A stretch of DNA of 63,190 nucleotides, counting the filler, from Octopus bimaculoides (Eukaryota), in the NCBI RefSeq assembly GCF_001194135.2. It is 5 parts of 4 records of this genome, joined end to end, with 100 filler letters (N's around TTAATTAATTAA, not from the genome) between each part and the next. Parts side by side here need not be neighbours in the genome. Positions count along the whole stretch, not along the records: positions 60,923 to 63,190 come from NC_068981.1; 4 more parts are not named here. One strand, written 5' to 3'. The notes under the pieces are model-generated. The model was not told the DNA's origin, did not search any database, and saw only the letters and a list, made by a program, of their open reading frames with translations. Shown piece after piece: positions 62,974-63,190 of the stretch (the first letter of the stretch is position 1; each line of letters opens with the position of its first letter). Position numbers and translations under genes: made by a program.

Positions 62974-63010
62974 TCTTTGACGTTTCGAGCTACGCTCTTC
63001 AACAGAAAGA
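62974..63010 (-). ncRNA. Minimal hammerhead-like motif (probable Penelope pLTR fragment)
   Basis: Minus strand TCTTT-CTGTTGA-A-GAGC(GTA)GCTC-GAAAC-GTC-AAAGA: 5-bp stem I, 4-bp stem II, loopless stem III with palindromic ACGT; core differs from CUGANGA at A6. Confidence 0.6.
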
Positions 63011-63190
63011 ATACGGAGACAAGGAGAAAAACACGGAGAAAAAAAATTGAATAGTGTTCAGTCAACGGTCAATCATAATAATGGCCGATCATAACAATGA
63101 CTGACCGGAAATTAGAAATTCTTATTTCAGGAGAGCTAAGAAAGGGGGAGATAACAAACGGTGATCGGGAACGAGGGGCTGTGTGTGGGA

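Overview
AT-rich, microsatellite-dense animal genomic DNA with many N gaps. The SINE and LINE families and the repeat landscape point to an octopus (inferred, not verified). One host gene is well supported. It is RSL24D1/RLP24 (L24e-like ribosome biogenesis factor) on +, with four coding exons (14069-14149, 15867-16053, 17355-17418, 17592-17677) that splice to 139 aa. The ORF track misses it and its last exon is not identifiable. Most of the rest is transposon-derived: a Penelope-like (Naiad-type GIY-YIG) relic carrying a hammerhead ribozyme, a second minimal hammerhead-like motif at about 63 kb, RTE, Jockey/I-like, Tx1-like and two RLE-type LINE relics, mariner/Tc1 relics and MITEs, hAT-like MITEs, and four modular tRNA-derived SINE families. 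Four 100-bp N44-TTAATTAATTAA-N44 spacers are assembly joins, so adjacency across them is unproven. Nearly all ORFs in the supplied track are microsatellite or gap artefacts. I saw no CRISPR, rRNA or genuine tRNA genes. TE boundaries without TIR or TSD support are approximate.
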